A DNA stretch of 51,083 bases, from contig CAYQLK010000001.1 of NCBI GenBank assembly GCA_964418515.1, forward strand, positions 42,542-93,624. The letters are read 5' to 3'. The translations under genes were made by a program, and so were the position numbers. Every line of letters starts with the position of its first letter. The first letter of the stretch is position 1. The notes under the pieces are model-generated. The model saw only the letters and a program-made list of their open reading frames with translations, was not told the origin of the DNA and searched no databases. Shown here piece by piece: positions 36,986 through 46,327 of the stretch. The DNA is from an uncultured Gammaproteobacteria bacterium. GTDB taxonomy: Bacteria > Patescibacteriota > Microgenomatia > CAYQLK01.

Positions 36986-38107
36986 ATGAATTATTTTAAA
37001 GTCCTTAAAGAGGTTAAAACACACAAAAAACCATTTCACGTTGCACGCGCATTAAGTGCAAAATATTATTTGTTATTAAGTGCTAAAACCGTCGTCGGTG
37101 TGACGGGTAGTGTAGGTAAAACTACAACAACCAACGCAATTCGTACCGCACTAGGCAAGGAAGCAATTTCTACCACAGAAAACCTTGATTCAATTTTTAA
37201 TATTCCAATTACTGTTCTCAAATCTAAAAAATTCAAATATTTAGTGTTAGAAATGGGCGTTCAATATCCCAAAGATATGGAATTTAATAGCTCAATCGCT
37301 CCAAGTGATATTGTCGTTTTCACTCAAATTTCTCCAGCTCATACACAGTATCTATCTTCTTTGGAAAAAATATTTACAGAAAAATCAAAAATAATTACCA
37401 AAAAAACAAAAATCGTGATTTACAATTATGACGATAAGTTGTTAAGAGAAAAATTTTCTAAACTTAATATTCCGGTAATTAAATATGGAATTTCTAAAGA
37501 ATGTGATGTCAGATTGTCAGTAGAGTCGCAAAATCTTAAAAACACAAAAATTAATATTTACTATCAAGGAGAAAAATTTAATATAACAACATCTCTTATT
37601 GGTCAACATCAATGTCTATCACTTGGTGCGGCTTTTGCGGTCGGCACTTTTTTAGGTATTGATAAAAAAATATTGATTAAAAATCTTTCAAAAACTAAAT
37701 CTGCCACTAACAGATTTAATATCGCAAGAATTGCCAACGCCGATGTGATAAAAGATATTTATAATTCCTCACCACTGGCGCTCTCAAATGCAATTAATTT
37801 TGTAAATTTACAAAAACATAAAACTAAAATTGCTATTCTTGGCGATATGCTTGAACTTGGTAAGATGTCGGAAAGTGAACATATTAAAATTGCCAAACAA
37901 CTGCTAAATTCCAGTTTTGATCAGGTTTTTACTTACGGAGAAGAGGCACAAAAAATTTATTCATATCTGTCAAGCAAAAATACCAAACTTAAACTTACGC
38001 ACCTAGAAAAACCGTTTAAATTAGAACAAAAAAAATTCGACAATAGTACGTTAATCTTAGTTAAAGGATCTCACGGGATGCACATGGAAGACTTTTTTAG
38101 CTCCTAA
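36986..38107 (+). CDS. murF: Mur ligase, MurF-like (UDP-MurNAc-tripeptide:D-Ala-D-Ala ligase) lacking the usual N-terminal domain
   Basis: 373-aa ORF starting directly after the murB stop. P-loop GVTGSVGKTTT near residue 38, with NSSPLALSNAI and AILGDMLELGKMSESEHIKIAKQL typical of MurF. Confidence 0.75.
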   Translation: MNYFKVLKEVKTHKKPFHVARALSAKYYLLLSAKTVVGVTGSVGKTTTTNAIRTALGKEAISTTENLDSIFNIPITVLKSKKFKYLVLEMGVQYPKDMEFNSSIAPSDIVVFTQISPAHTQYLSSLEKIFTEKSKIITKKTKIVIYNYDDKLLREKFSKLNIPVIKYGISKECDVRLSVESQNLKNTKINIYYQGEKFNITTSLIGQHQCLSLGAAFAVGTFLGIDKKILIKNLSKTKSATNRFNIARIANADVIKDIYNSSPLALSNAINFVNLQKHKTKIAILGDMLELGKMSESEHIKIAKQLLNSSFDQVFTYGEEAQKIYSYLSSKNTKLKLTHLEKPFKLEQKKFDNSTLILVKGSHGMHMEDFFSS

Positions 38108-38126
38108 AACTGTATAATTAAATATT

Positions 38127-39161
38127 ATGATTGGGCTGTTATTGTTAATACTCATATCTTTTTTTACCGTCGCAATTTTGTCGGTTCCTTTTATCAATCT
38201 TTTGTACAAGATTAAATTTCAGAGGCAAAATCAACAAACACGCGACATGTTCAACAAAAGAACACCTATTTTTGACAAGTTTCATGCTCACAAAGCAGGC
38301 ACTCCATTAGGTGGTGGGGTATTAGTTATTTTCAGTGTCGTTGTGCTGTTTTTACTGGTTGGCTTGTTCCGCGAAGTTTTTAATATTGAATCTACATCCG
38401 TCTATCCATACGCTCAGGAAGTTTTTATAATTTTATTTAGTGTAGTTTCATTTGCGATTTTAGGTTTAGTTGACGATGTCCGAAAAACATTTCAATTAAA
38501 AAAAACTAGCTTTTTTGGATTAAGATTCAGGCAAAAATTTTTAATTCAAGTTGCTTTGGCGGCGTTTATCTCAAGCTATTTATATTTTGTCTTAAAAATC
38601 GACATTGTTAACTTAAGATTTATTGACGTTTTTCATATTGGTCCTTTGTTTATTCCATTTGCGATGTTCGTAATTGTTAGTTTTGTAAATGCAGTAAATA
38701 TTGCTGATGGTCTTGACGGTCTTGCTGGGGGGCTACTTCTAATTGCCTTAATTGCATTTCTAATGATTTCATCTTCAATTCTTGATACCACTCTTTCTTC
38801 CTTTTTGGGGTTATGGATTGGTGCCTTAATTGCTTTTCTGTACTTTAATATCTACCCAGCCAGAATATGGATGGGGGATGCTGGGGCATTAGGTTTTGGT
38901 GCGGGTCTGGCGATTACAGGACTTTTGTTGGGTAAAACTCCAGCTCTAGCAATAATTTGTGGAATGTTTGTTGTCGAAGTAAGTTCTTCTTTGCTGCAGT
39001 TGATTTCGAAGCGCTTTTTTCATCGCAAATTAATTGAGGCAGCACCATTAAATTTATATCTCCAGCACAAAGGCTGGCCTGAGCCCAAAATTGTTATGAG
39101 ATATTGGCTAGCTGGTATCTTACTTGCCGTAATGGGGCTTTTGCTCGCATTTATTGGTTAA
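38127..39161 (+). CDS. mraY: Phospho-N-acetylmuramoyl-pentapeptide transferase MraY
   Basis: 344-aa polytopic ORF with HAHKAGTPLGGG, LGLVDDVRK, NAVNIADGLDGLAGG and MGDAGALGFG motifs. Confidence 0.95.
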   Translation: MIGLLLLILISFFTVAILSVPFINLLYKIKFQRQNQQTRDMFNKRTPIFDKFHAHKAGTPLGGGVLVIFSVVVLFLLVGLFREVFNIESTSVYPYAQEVFIILFSVVSFAILGLVDDVRKTFQLKKTSFFGLRFRQKFLIQVALAAFISSYLYFVLKIDIVNLRFIDVFHIGPLFIPFAMFVIVSFVNAVNIADGLDGLAGGLLLIALIAFLMISSSILDTTLSSFLGLWIGALIAFLYFNIYPARIWMGDAGALGFGAGLAITGLLLGKTPALAIICGMFVVEVSSSLLQLISKRFFHRKLIEAAPLNLYLQHKGWPEPKIVMRYWLAGILLAVMGLLLAFIG

Positions 39162-39195
39162 ATAATAGTATCCTCCATTTAAGAGAAGTTTTTGT

Positions 39196-40500
39196 ATGGA
39201 TAAATCTGATTTTAAAGATAAAAAAATTCTAATCATGGGTCTGGGATTAAATGGCGGTGGACTTGAGGCTGCTAAGTTTTTTTATAAACTCGGGGGGAAG
39301 ATTACTGTTACAGATTTACAATCCGAGGATATTCTCAAACCAACAATTGAACAACTGAAAAGCTGTCCAGAAATAGAATATCATCTTGGTCATCATTTAG
39401 AGAGTGATTTTAGTAACACAGATATTGTTATTAAAAACCCTGGGGTTCCACCAACTTCAAAATTTTTGGAAATTGCCTCAAAAAGTGGGGCGACCATCAC
39501 TTCTGACTTAGAAGTGTTCCTAAACTTAGCTACCCCCAAAAAAATAATTGCAGTAACAGGAACAAAAGGAAAAAGCACAACAACTACATTTATTAGTCAA
39601 ATATTAAGTTCACTCGAAATTGAAAATATTCTTGCTGGAAACATTGGCAAATCACCACTTAATACTCTGGGTTATGAAAAAAATAAATATGTAGTTATTG
39701 AACTGTCATCGTTCCAAATTGACGACCTTGGCAAAAAAATGCCTTATTTTGACACAGTTGCATTTACCAATATTTTCCCTGACCACCTAAACAGATATGG
39801 CACTTTTGACAAATACCAAGAATCAAAATTGAGATTAATCAATTATCTAAAACCGGACGGTACAATTGTTTATCCAATAGATAACTTTCCACAAATTAAG
39901 CATTTAGATTCACAAACTGCAGTTCAGTTTGATGGTGGTTTTAAAATTAATCTTGAAAACGACACACCTCAAAATATTCTTAACTTTAACGCCGCCCTTC
40001 TCGTTGTTTCCAATACAACCAAACTTGCTGTTGATAAAATAATTCCTAAAATTGGCACTCTCACCCCACCGAGGTTTAGAAACCAAACAATTCGCACTAT
40101 TGACAACATTTTATTTATTAACGACTCAACTGCTACCAATCCAACCGTGACCGTAGGAACTCTCAAAAATTATGACCCAACTGAATCAGTTGTTATTCTT
40201 GGGGGATCTGATAAAAATTTAGATTCGTCGATTCTCTCAAAGTTTATAAACGATAAACAATTCCATGTCGCATTACTTAATTCTCCAGTTGGGGAAAAAC
40301 TTTCTTCACTAATTCATAAAGATTTAATTATTTCAAACTGCACGCAATTCGAAAAAGCAATTATAGATTCCTATGATTTTGTAAAAAAAATAAACGGAAA
40401 ATTTGTCATTCTATCCCCCGCAGCTGCTTCGTTTGGAATGTTTTTAAACGAATTTGATCGAGGTGAACAGTTCAATGAAATAGTTTCTAAGCTTCAATGA
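39196..40500 (+). CDS. murD: UDP-N-acetylmuramoylalanine--D-glutamate ligase MurD
   Basis: 434-aa ORF with an N-terminal Rossmann segment ILIMGLGLNGGGLEAAKFF, P-loop AVTGTKGKSTTT, NIFPDHLNRYG, INDSTATNP and SPAAASFGMF. Confidence 0.9.
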   Translation: MDKSDFKDKKILIMGLGLNGGGLEAAKFFYKLGGKITVTDLQSEDILKPTIEQLKSCPEIEYHLGHHLESDFSNTDIVIKNPGVPPTSKFLEIASKSGATITSDLEVFLNLATPKKIIAVTGTKGKSTTTTFISQILSSLEIENILAGNIGKSPLNTLGYEKNKYVVIELSSFQIDDLGKKMPYFDTVAFTNIFPDHLNRYGTFDKYQESKLRLINYLKPDGTIVYPIDNFPQIKHLDSQTAVQFDGGFKINLENDTPQNILNFNAALLVVSNTTKLAVDKIIPKIGTLTPPRFRNQTIRTIDNILFINDSTATNPTVTVGTLKNYDPTESVVILGGSDKNLDSSILSKFINDKQFHVALLNSPVGEKLSSLIHKDLIISNCTQFEKAIIDSYDFVKKINGKFVILSPAAASFGMFLNEFDRGEQFNEIVSKLQ

Positions 40501-41654
40501 AAATATTTTCAACGCAGAATAGAAATATTATTACACTGATTTCAACAACTTATTTATTAATATTAATCGGCCTTATCTTAATTTATAACGCCTCAGCTGT
40601 TACCAGCCTTAGGGACTTCGGCGACCAAAGCTATTTACTTAAAAAACAAGCTGTGTCTGTATTGTTAGGAACAGTCTCTCTTTTTTTATTGTCATTTATT
40701 AATTATCGAGTTTTAATAAGTTTTTCAAAAGTGTTTTATTTTGGATCATTAGCACTTTTAGCTGCTCTTTACATACCGGGTGTGGCAGATAGTATTTATG
40801 GTGCCAAAAGATGGATTACTATTGCAGGTCAGCAATTTCAACCATCTGAAGCAGCTAAATTGTCAGTAATTATTTATTTGTCGCAATGGCTTGGGAGTTC
40901 AAAAATTCCCAAAAAACTATATTTTCAGTCACAACATGCGAACTTAGCATTAGTACTGGGGCCAATTTTGGGTCTTATATTTTTTGAGCCAGATCTGAAA
41001 TCAACAATTATTATCGCAGCCACTGCTATTACTGTATATTACGTTTCAGGTGCCGTAAAAGCTAAATTACTATTATCTTTAATACCGCTTTTTTTAGTCA
41101 GTGTGATGCTTTTAATATTTACACAAAGTTACCGCATCGACAGGCTTAAAACATTTATTGACCCAACTGCTGATACACAAAACACGTCATATCACATCAA
41201 TCAAATATTAATTGCTCTTGGTAATGGCGGATGGTTTGGTGTCGGACTTGGTCAATCAAGGCAGAAATTCGAGTTTATTCCCGAAATAACTACAGATAGT
41301 ATTTTTGCCATAGCTGCAGAAGAATTAGGATTTGTGGGGGCGTTAACAATCATTGGCGTTTTGTGGTTTTTGCTCATCAATTGTTTTGCTGTTGCTGGTT
41401 CAGCAAAAGATAATGTAGCTCGGCTTTTATCTGTTGGAATAACAACATCACTTGCTTTGCAAATAGTAATTAATCTTGCGTCGATGGTCTCATTGTTGCC
41501 ATTAACAGGTATCCCTTTGCCATTTTTGTCGTACGGAGGAACTTCACTAATCATGGCAATGTCGTCAATTGGTATTCTTATTAATATATCTAAAAATCAA
41601 ACTGAACCAAGAGCAAACATATATCGGCCAAAAAAAAGAAAATGGAAAAAATAA
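40497..41654 (+). CDS. ftsW: SEDS-family peptidoglycan glycosyltransferase FtsW
   Basis: 385-aa polytopic ORF with RWITIAGQQFQPSEAAKL, EPDLKSTIII, PEITTDSIFAIAAEELGFVG and LPLTGIPLPFLSYGGTSL motifs. ATGA overlap with murD. Confidence 0.9.
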   Translation: MKIFSTQNRNIITLISTTYLLILIGLILIYNASAVTSLRDFGDQSYLLKKQAVSVLLGTVSLFLLSFINYRVLISFSKVFYFGSLALLAALYIPGVADSIYGAKRWITIAGQQFQPSEAAKLSVIIYLSQWLGSSKIPKKLYFQSQHANLALVLGPILGLIFFEPDLKSTIIIAATAITVYYVSGAVKAKLLLSLIPLFLVSVMLLIFTQSYRIDRLKTFIDPTADTQNTSYHINQILIALGNGGWFGVGLGQSRQKFEFIPEITTDSIFAIAAEELGFVGALTIIGVLWFLLINCFAVAGSAKDNVARLLSVGITTSLALQIVINLASMVSLLPLTGIPLPFLSYGGTSLIMAMSSIGILINISKNQTEPRANIYRPKKRKWKK

Positions 41655-42781
41655 AAAAAGTTGTAATAATTGGTGGACACCCAACCCCAGCCATCGCTCT
41701 AATTGAGAACCTGGAGAAAGAAAAAAATATAGAAATTTATTTTTTTGGTAGAAAAAAATCGACTGAAGGGGATAGTGCTCAATCACTCGAGTACAAACTA
41801 TTATCAAATAGAAAATCAATAAAATTTTATTCGGTTACAACAGGTAGACTGCAGAGAAGGTTTACGCAATACACTATTCCATCTTTGTTGAAAATTCCTT
41901 TTGGATTTTTACAATCTTTATTTTATTTAATCAAAATTAAACCTAATTTAGTTGTTGGGTTTGGCGGTTATTTGTCTGTTCCTGTGATTATCGGCTCGTA
42001 TATATTAAGAATTCCAATTTTCGTTCACGAACAAACATCAATTCCAGGTTTGTCAACCAAAATTACAGGCAAGCCAGCTAAAAAAATTTTTATTTCGTTT
42101 AGGTCTTCCTCAAGATTTTTTAACAGTCAAAAAATTATTTTTTCAGGTAATTTATTAAGGGATGAAATTATTAGACCTAGTCCTTTATCTGACTCCGAAT
42201 TAAAAAAGTTTTTAAAACTTAAAGAACCGTTAATATACGTTACAGGCGGTGGTCAAGGTTCCAAACTAATTAACGATTTTGTGATTAACAATTTTGAAGA
42301 ACTTGTAATAATGCCTTATAGATTTATCATTCAAACAGGCAGTCTTAATAATGCCAAAAGCTACTCTGACCTCAAGTACAAAAAGTCTCTTCAGGATAAT
42401 TTGAGACAAAAAATATTTATTGTTGAACACCTAAGCACTAGCGAAGTAGGGGCAATATTAAATAAAAAACCAATTATTTTTGGTAGGTCTGGTGCCAACA
42501 CCATTACAGAGATTGTTTATCACCATATACCTTCAATTCTCGTACCACTTGATATTGCAGCCGGCTCAGAACAGTTACAAAATGCTCAGCTTTTAACAGC
42601 CAAAAATCTCGCCAAAATTATTAAAGCCAAAGATCTTAACTTCACATCCTTTTCTAATTCGCTCACCACCCTACTCAAATCTTTTGATTCAAAATCCTTC
42701 ACACTATTAAACGAGGAAATAAAAATTGATTTAGATAACCAGCTCGCCAAACAAGTCAAAAGTATTTCAGATATAAAGTGA
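41642..42781 (+). CDS. murG: Lipid II synthase MurG (UDP-GlcNAc:lipid I GlcNAc transferase)
   Basis: 379-aa ORF with VVIIGGHPTPAIAL, GGYLSVPV, HEQTSIPGLSTK, TGGGQGS, GRSGANTITEI and EQLQNA motifs. Confidence 0.9.
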   Translation: MEKIKKVVIIGGHPTPAIALIENLEKEKNIEIYFFGRKKSTEGDSAQSLEYKLLSNRKSIKFYSVTTGRLQRRFTQYTIPSLLKIPFGFLQSLFYLIKIKPNLVVGFGGYLSVPVIIGSYILRIPIFVHEQTSIPGLSTKITGKPAKKIFISFRSSSRFFNSQKIIFSGNLLRDEIIRPSPLSDSELKKFLKLKEPLIYVTGGGQGSKLINDFVINNFEELVIMPYRFIIQTGSLNNAKSYSDLKYKKSLQDNLRQKIFIVEHLSTSEVGAILNKKPIIFGRSGANTITEIVYHHIPSILVPLDIAAGSEQLQNAQLLTAKNLAKIIKAKDLNFTSFSNSLTTLLKSFDSKSFTLLNEEIKIDLDNQLAKQVKSISDIK

Positions 42782-43632
42782 AGTATTCATCAAGGCATCA
42801 CAAACTCAAAACTCCGAGAAAGCCATTAAATTTAAATAAAAAAAAACTACTTAAATATTTCACATTTTCTTGCGTTGTAATTGGTTTAGTTTGGGGAATA
42901 ATGTTTACCAATCTTTTAAAAATTCAATCATCTAAGTTTAATTTTCCTAGTAATTTTAATTGCTTTTCGGTCGAGTCTTTTAATGATTATGACCGTACAG
43001 GCCAGTCAATTATATTATTCAACACTCGAAAACTAGAGGAAGAGATCGAAAAAAACCCATGTATTGAAAGTGCATTTGTTGAACTCACACCAAATAGGAT
43101 TTTAAATATTACTATTACTCAGACTCGTCCAATTGCGAGCTTATTTATTAGTCCAAAATTAGAAGAAATAAATAAAATTGCAACCTCAAGTGTCGACCTT
43201 AGATCTGCAACAGTTTCAGCCATCCTAGAATCGTCTCAACTAGTCGACACAAATAAGGATCTTAATAGTCGTTTGCTTTTACAAAATAGAGTATCTACTG
43301 AGTCATCTTTGCCAAAATTTATTATTCCCGAAAAGCAAAAAAGTGATAACTATACAGATTACAAAATCAAAAATGTACTTGATTGTTTAACAGATAATCT
43401 TATTCAGACAACTTCTTTTTTAATTATCAACCAAAACTTAAATATATATTTTATTAATGTTAATAACGGATTTACTACTCTCGATGCCAAATTATTTGTC
43501 AGCCCAATTACTATAAACGAAAAGTTTTGTCCAGCTTTGCAAGAAATAATTCAAAAAAGTACAATAGATGGTATCAAGCTAGATTCAATTGATCTAAGAT
43601 TTAAGGATCCAGTTGTAAACATAAAAAAATAA
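42778..43632 (+). CDS. ftsQ: Cell-division protein FtsQ/DivIB-like
   Basis: 284-aa ORF with a basic N-terminus, one TM helix (YFTFSCVVIGLVWGIMF) and an extracytoplasmic domain. Canonical position between murG and ftsA. GTG start in a GTGA overlap. The call rests mostly on architecture and position. Confidence 0.5.
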   Translation: MKYSSRHHKLKTPRKPLNLNKKKLLKYFTFSCVVIGLVWGIMFTNLLKIQSSKFNFPSNFNCFSVESFNDYDRTGQSIILFNTRKLEEEIEKNPCIESAFVELTPNRILNITITQTRPIASLFISPKLEEINKIATSSVDLRSATVSAILESSQLVDTNKDLNSRLLLQNRVSTESSLPKFIIPEKQKSDNYTDYKIKNVLDCLTDNLIQTTSFLIINQNLNIYFINVNNGFTTLDAKLFVSPITINEKFCPALQEIIQKSTIDGIKLDSIDLRFKDPVVNIKK

Positions 43633-43648
43633 ACTTAACCTTTAATTT

Positions 43649-44926
43649 ATGGCAAAAGACAGAGTTATTGTTGGTATAGACATTGGATCATCTAAGATCT
43701 GCACAATTATTTCGACTATCGACGAAGATCAAGTTCCTCACATCATTGGAGTTTCTTCTATGCCATCAAAAGGCATTAGAAAAGGCCAAATAATTGATAT
43801 TGAAGAATCAGTTGGGGCAGTGACAAAATCAATCGAAGCCGCTGAAAGAATGGCTGGTTTTTCGGCTGGAAGCGCCTTTGTCCTGATTGGAGGAACACAT
43901 ATTGAGTGTCAGAATTCAAAAGGGGTCGTTGCAATCAGTAGTTCAAGCAGCGAAGTCGATCACGCGGATATTAATAGAGTTATAGAAGCCGCCAGAGCTG
44001 TCTCTTTGCCTTCTTCTCGAGAGGTACTTCACGTTATTCCAAGACACTTCTCAATTGACTCTCAAACTGGCATCAAAGACCCTGTTGGGATGACGGGAGT
44101 GAGATTAGAGGTTGAAACTCATTTAATTACCGGAGCAACTACAGCTATTAGAAATTTAGGAAAATGTGTCCAAACCGTTGGGGTCGGTGTTGAATCAATG
44201 GTTTTTTCAGGATTAGCTGCTGCCGAAGCAGTTTTGTCGGATACAGAAAAAGAACTTGGTGTCGTCGTCGTCGATATAGGTGGTGGTACCACCGATGTTG
44301 TGATTTATGTTGATGGTGCGGTTGCCTATTCTGCTGTTTTGCCAGTTGGTGCTAAAAACATCACCAACGATATAGCAATCGGTCAAAGAATTAGTCTGGA
44401 ATCAGCAGAAAAAATCAAACTTCATCTTTCCAAGCCATCAGTATTAAAGTTTTTAAAGCCTCAATCAGAAAAACCAACACATAAAAAAGACGACTATTTA
44501 GACTTGTCGAGTCTGCGTTTAGACGAACCAGTCGAAAAAGCCTCGTTCAAAATGTTGACTGATGGTTTTATTAAGCCGAGAGTGAACGAAATATTAAAAA
44601 TGGTAAAAGACGAGATTAAAAAATCCGGCTTTGGCTCACTTACACCAGCTGGCGTTGTTCTTACAGGTGGGGGAGCGCAAACTATTGGCATTGTCGAACA
44701 CGCCAAAAGAGAACTTGCCATGCCAGTAAGGCTAGGCAAGCCTCAATATGCTAAGGGCCTAATTGATGAAATCTCAACCCCAGAATTCGCCGCGTCATTA
44801 GGGTTAATTCTTTTCGCTCTTAAGACTGATACGTACGAAGATTCTAGAATGCCGATTGTTGGCAGAGTCGAAATCAAAGAGAGCGTGACAAAAGCGGTTA
44901 ATTGGGTAAAGTCTTTACTCCCCTAA
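43649..44926 (+). CDS. ftsA: Cell-division protein FtsA
   Basis: 425-aa actin-fold ORF with VGIDIGSSKICTII, VVVDIGGGTTDVVIY and VLTGGGAQTIGI motifs, plus a C-terminal amphipathic tail AVNWVKSLLP. Confidence 0.95.
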   Translation: MAKDRVIVGIDIGSSKICTIISTIDEDQVPHIIGVSSMPSKGIRKGQIIDIEESVGAVTKSIEAAERMAGFSAGSAFVLIGGTHIECQNSKGVVAISSSSSEVDHADINRVIEAARAVSLPSSREVLHVIPRHFSIDSQTGIKDPVGMTGVRLEVETHLITGATTAIRNLGKCVQTVGVGVESMVFSGLAAAEAVLSDTEKELGVVVVDIGGGTTDVVIYVDGAVAYSAVLPVGAKNITNDIAIGQRISLESAEKIKLHLSKPSVLKFLKPQSEKPTHKKDDYLDLSSLRLDEPVEKASFKMLTDGFIKPRVNEILKMVKDEIKKSGFGSLTPAGVVLTGGGAQTIGIVEHAKRELAMPVRLGKPQYAKGLIDEISTPEFAASLGLILFALKTDTYEDSRMPIVGRVEIKESVTKAVNWVKSLLP

Positions 44927-45073
44927 AAATAGAGAAAAAAATAACTTGAATAAAGTTATATAATTTGTTAGAGTTCGACTAGACAATTTAGTCTAAATTC
45001 TTTCCCTGCCATAAGAAATATTAACGAGGCTAAATTGCAAAATGATTAAAAAAAGTGTTCATTTTGACATAAA

Positions 45074-46291
45074 ATGCTTGTAAAACCCGAAGTAACAAAT
45101 TTCGCAAAAATTAAAGTCATAGGTGTAGGCGGTGGTGGTGGAAACGCCATTAATTCCATGATTGCTGGCAATACGATTCATGACGTCGATTTTGTGGTTA
45201 TTAACACCGACGCACAGCAATTACTTTCCTCCCTCGCGCCAGTTAAGGTTCAGCTTGGTGATCAACTTACCAAAGGGTTAGGTGCTGGTGCCGATCCAGA
45301 AATAGGTCGCCAAGCCGCCGAAGAATCTATTGATAAAATCCAAGAAGTGCTCGAAGGATCAGATATGGTTTTTGTTACCTATGGTGGGGGTGGTGGAACC
45401 GGTACTGGAGCAGGACCTGTTGTAGCTTCAATTGCAAAAAAATTAGGCATCCTTACTGTTGCAGTCGTAACCAAACCTTTTGCTTTCGAGGGTACCAGAA
45501 GAATGTTAATCGCTGAAGAGGGTATCGCGAACCTTCGAGATAACGTAGACACTTTAATTGTTATCCCTAACCAAAGGCTTATTGAAGTTGTTGATAAAAA
45601 AGTTTCACTAATTGACGCGTTCAAGTTGTCAGACACAATTTTAACAAATGGCGTTCAGGGGATTTCTGATTTAATTACTGTCTCAGGCAACATTAATGTT
45701 GACTTTGCAGATGTAAAAGCCGTAATGAAAGATTCAGGGTCAGCGCTAATGGGTATGGGTATAGCTTCAGGCGAGAATCGAGCAATTAATGCCGCACGCC
45801 AAGCTGTTGTTTCTCCGCTTCTTGATGTTTCAATAGAAGGCGCTAAAGGACTTTTGTTCAATATTACTGGTGGACCAGACTTGTCGCTAACCGAGGTTGA
45901 TGAAGCCGCTCAAGTTATTACCAAACCAGCTGATCCAGACGCGCAGATAATTTATGGTTACACAATCGACGAAAACATGGTCGATCAAATAAAAATTACG
46001 GTTGTGGCTACAGGATTTGATGACGAGATTAAACTAGGTGGTGGTTACGCCACAAGCTCGTCATATGCTCCAAGACCTGTTAATTATCACGACGATAATG
46101 AGGAGGAGGAAAAAGATGATTCAGAGGAACACTCTTATTCTCGTCCAAATATCCAATCTTCAAGTCAGCAAAACGAAAATCGCGATTTTGAACAATCAAG
46201 CGAAACGCTTAAATCCACTGCCGAAAATAAAGAGGAATTCGTCGAAGAGGATGAGTGGGATGTTCCAGCCTTTCTTCGCCAAAGAAATTAG
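45074..46291 (+). CDS. ftsZ: Cell-division GTPase FtsZ
   Basis: 405-aa ORF with [15 protein letters not shown], the tubulin signature [18 protein letters not shown] and a T7-loop region. A long acidic linker precedes the terminal DVPAFLRQ peptide. Confidence 0.97.
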   Translation: MLVKPEVTNFAKIKVIGVGGGGGNAINSMIAGNTIHDVDFVVINTDAQQLLSSLAPVKVQLGDQLTKGLGAGADPEIGRQAAEESIDKIQEVLEGSDMVFVTYGGGGGTGTGAGPVVASIAKKLGILTVAVVTKPFAFEGTRRMLIAEEGIANLRDNVDTLIVIPNQRLIEVVDKKVSLIDAFKLSDTILTNGVQGISDLITVSGNINVDFADVKAVMKDSGSALMGMGIASGENRAINAARQAVVSPLLDVSIEGAKGLLFNITGGPDLSLTEVDEAAQVITKPADPDAQIIYGYTIDENMVDQIKITVVATGFDDEIKLGGGYATSSSYAPRPVNYHDDNEEEEKDDSEEHSYSRPNIQSSSQQNENRDFEQSSETLKSTAENKEEFVEEDEWDVPAFLRQRN

Positions 46292-46327
46292 GCTAACATA
46301 GATACAGAAAATTAAAATAAAAATAAA

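Noticed and set aside
46038-46301. Alternative-frame + strand ORFs overlapping real genes: 87 aa over the ftsZ tail, plus 8943-9197, 21611-21850, 22088-22291, 29779-30072, 30553-30741, 47733-47933, 48118-48339, 48538-48765 and 49435-49656.
   Set aside because: They are embedded in strongly supported frames, give basic low-complexity translations and have no independent evidence. They are most likely chance open frames.
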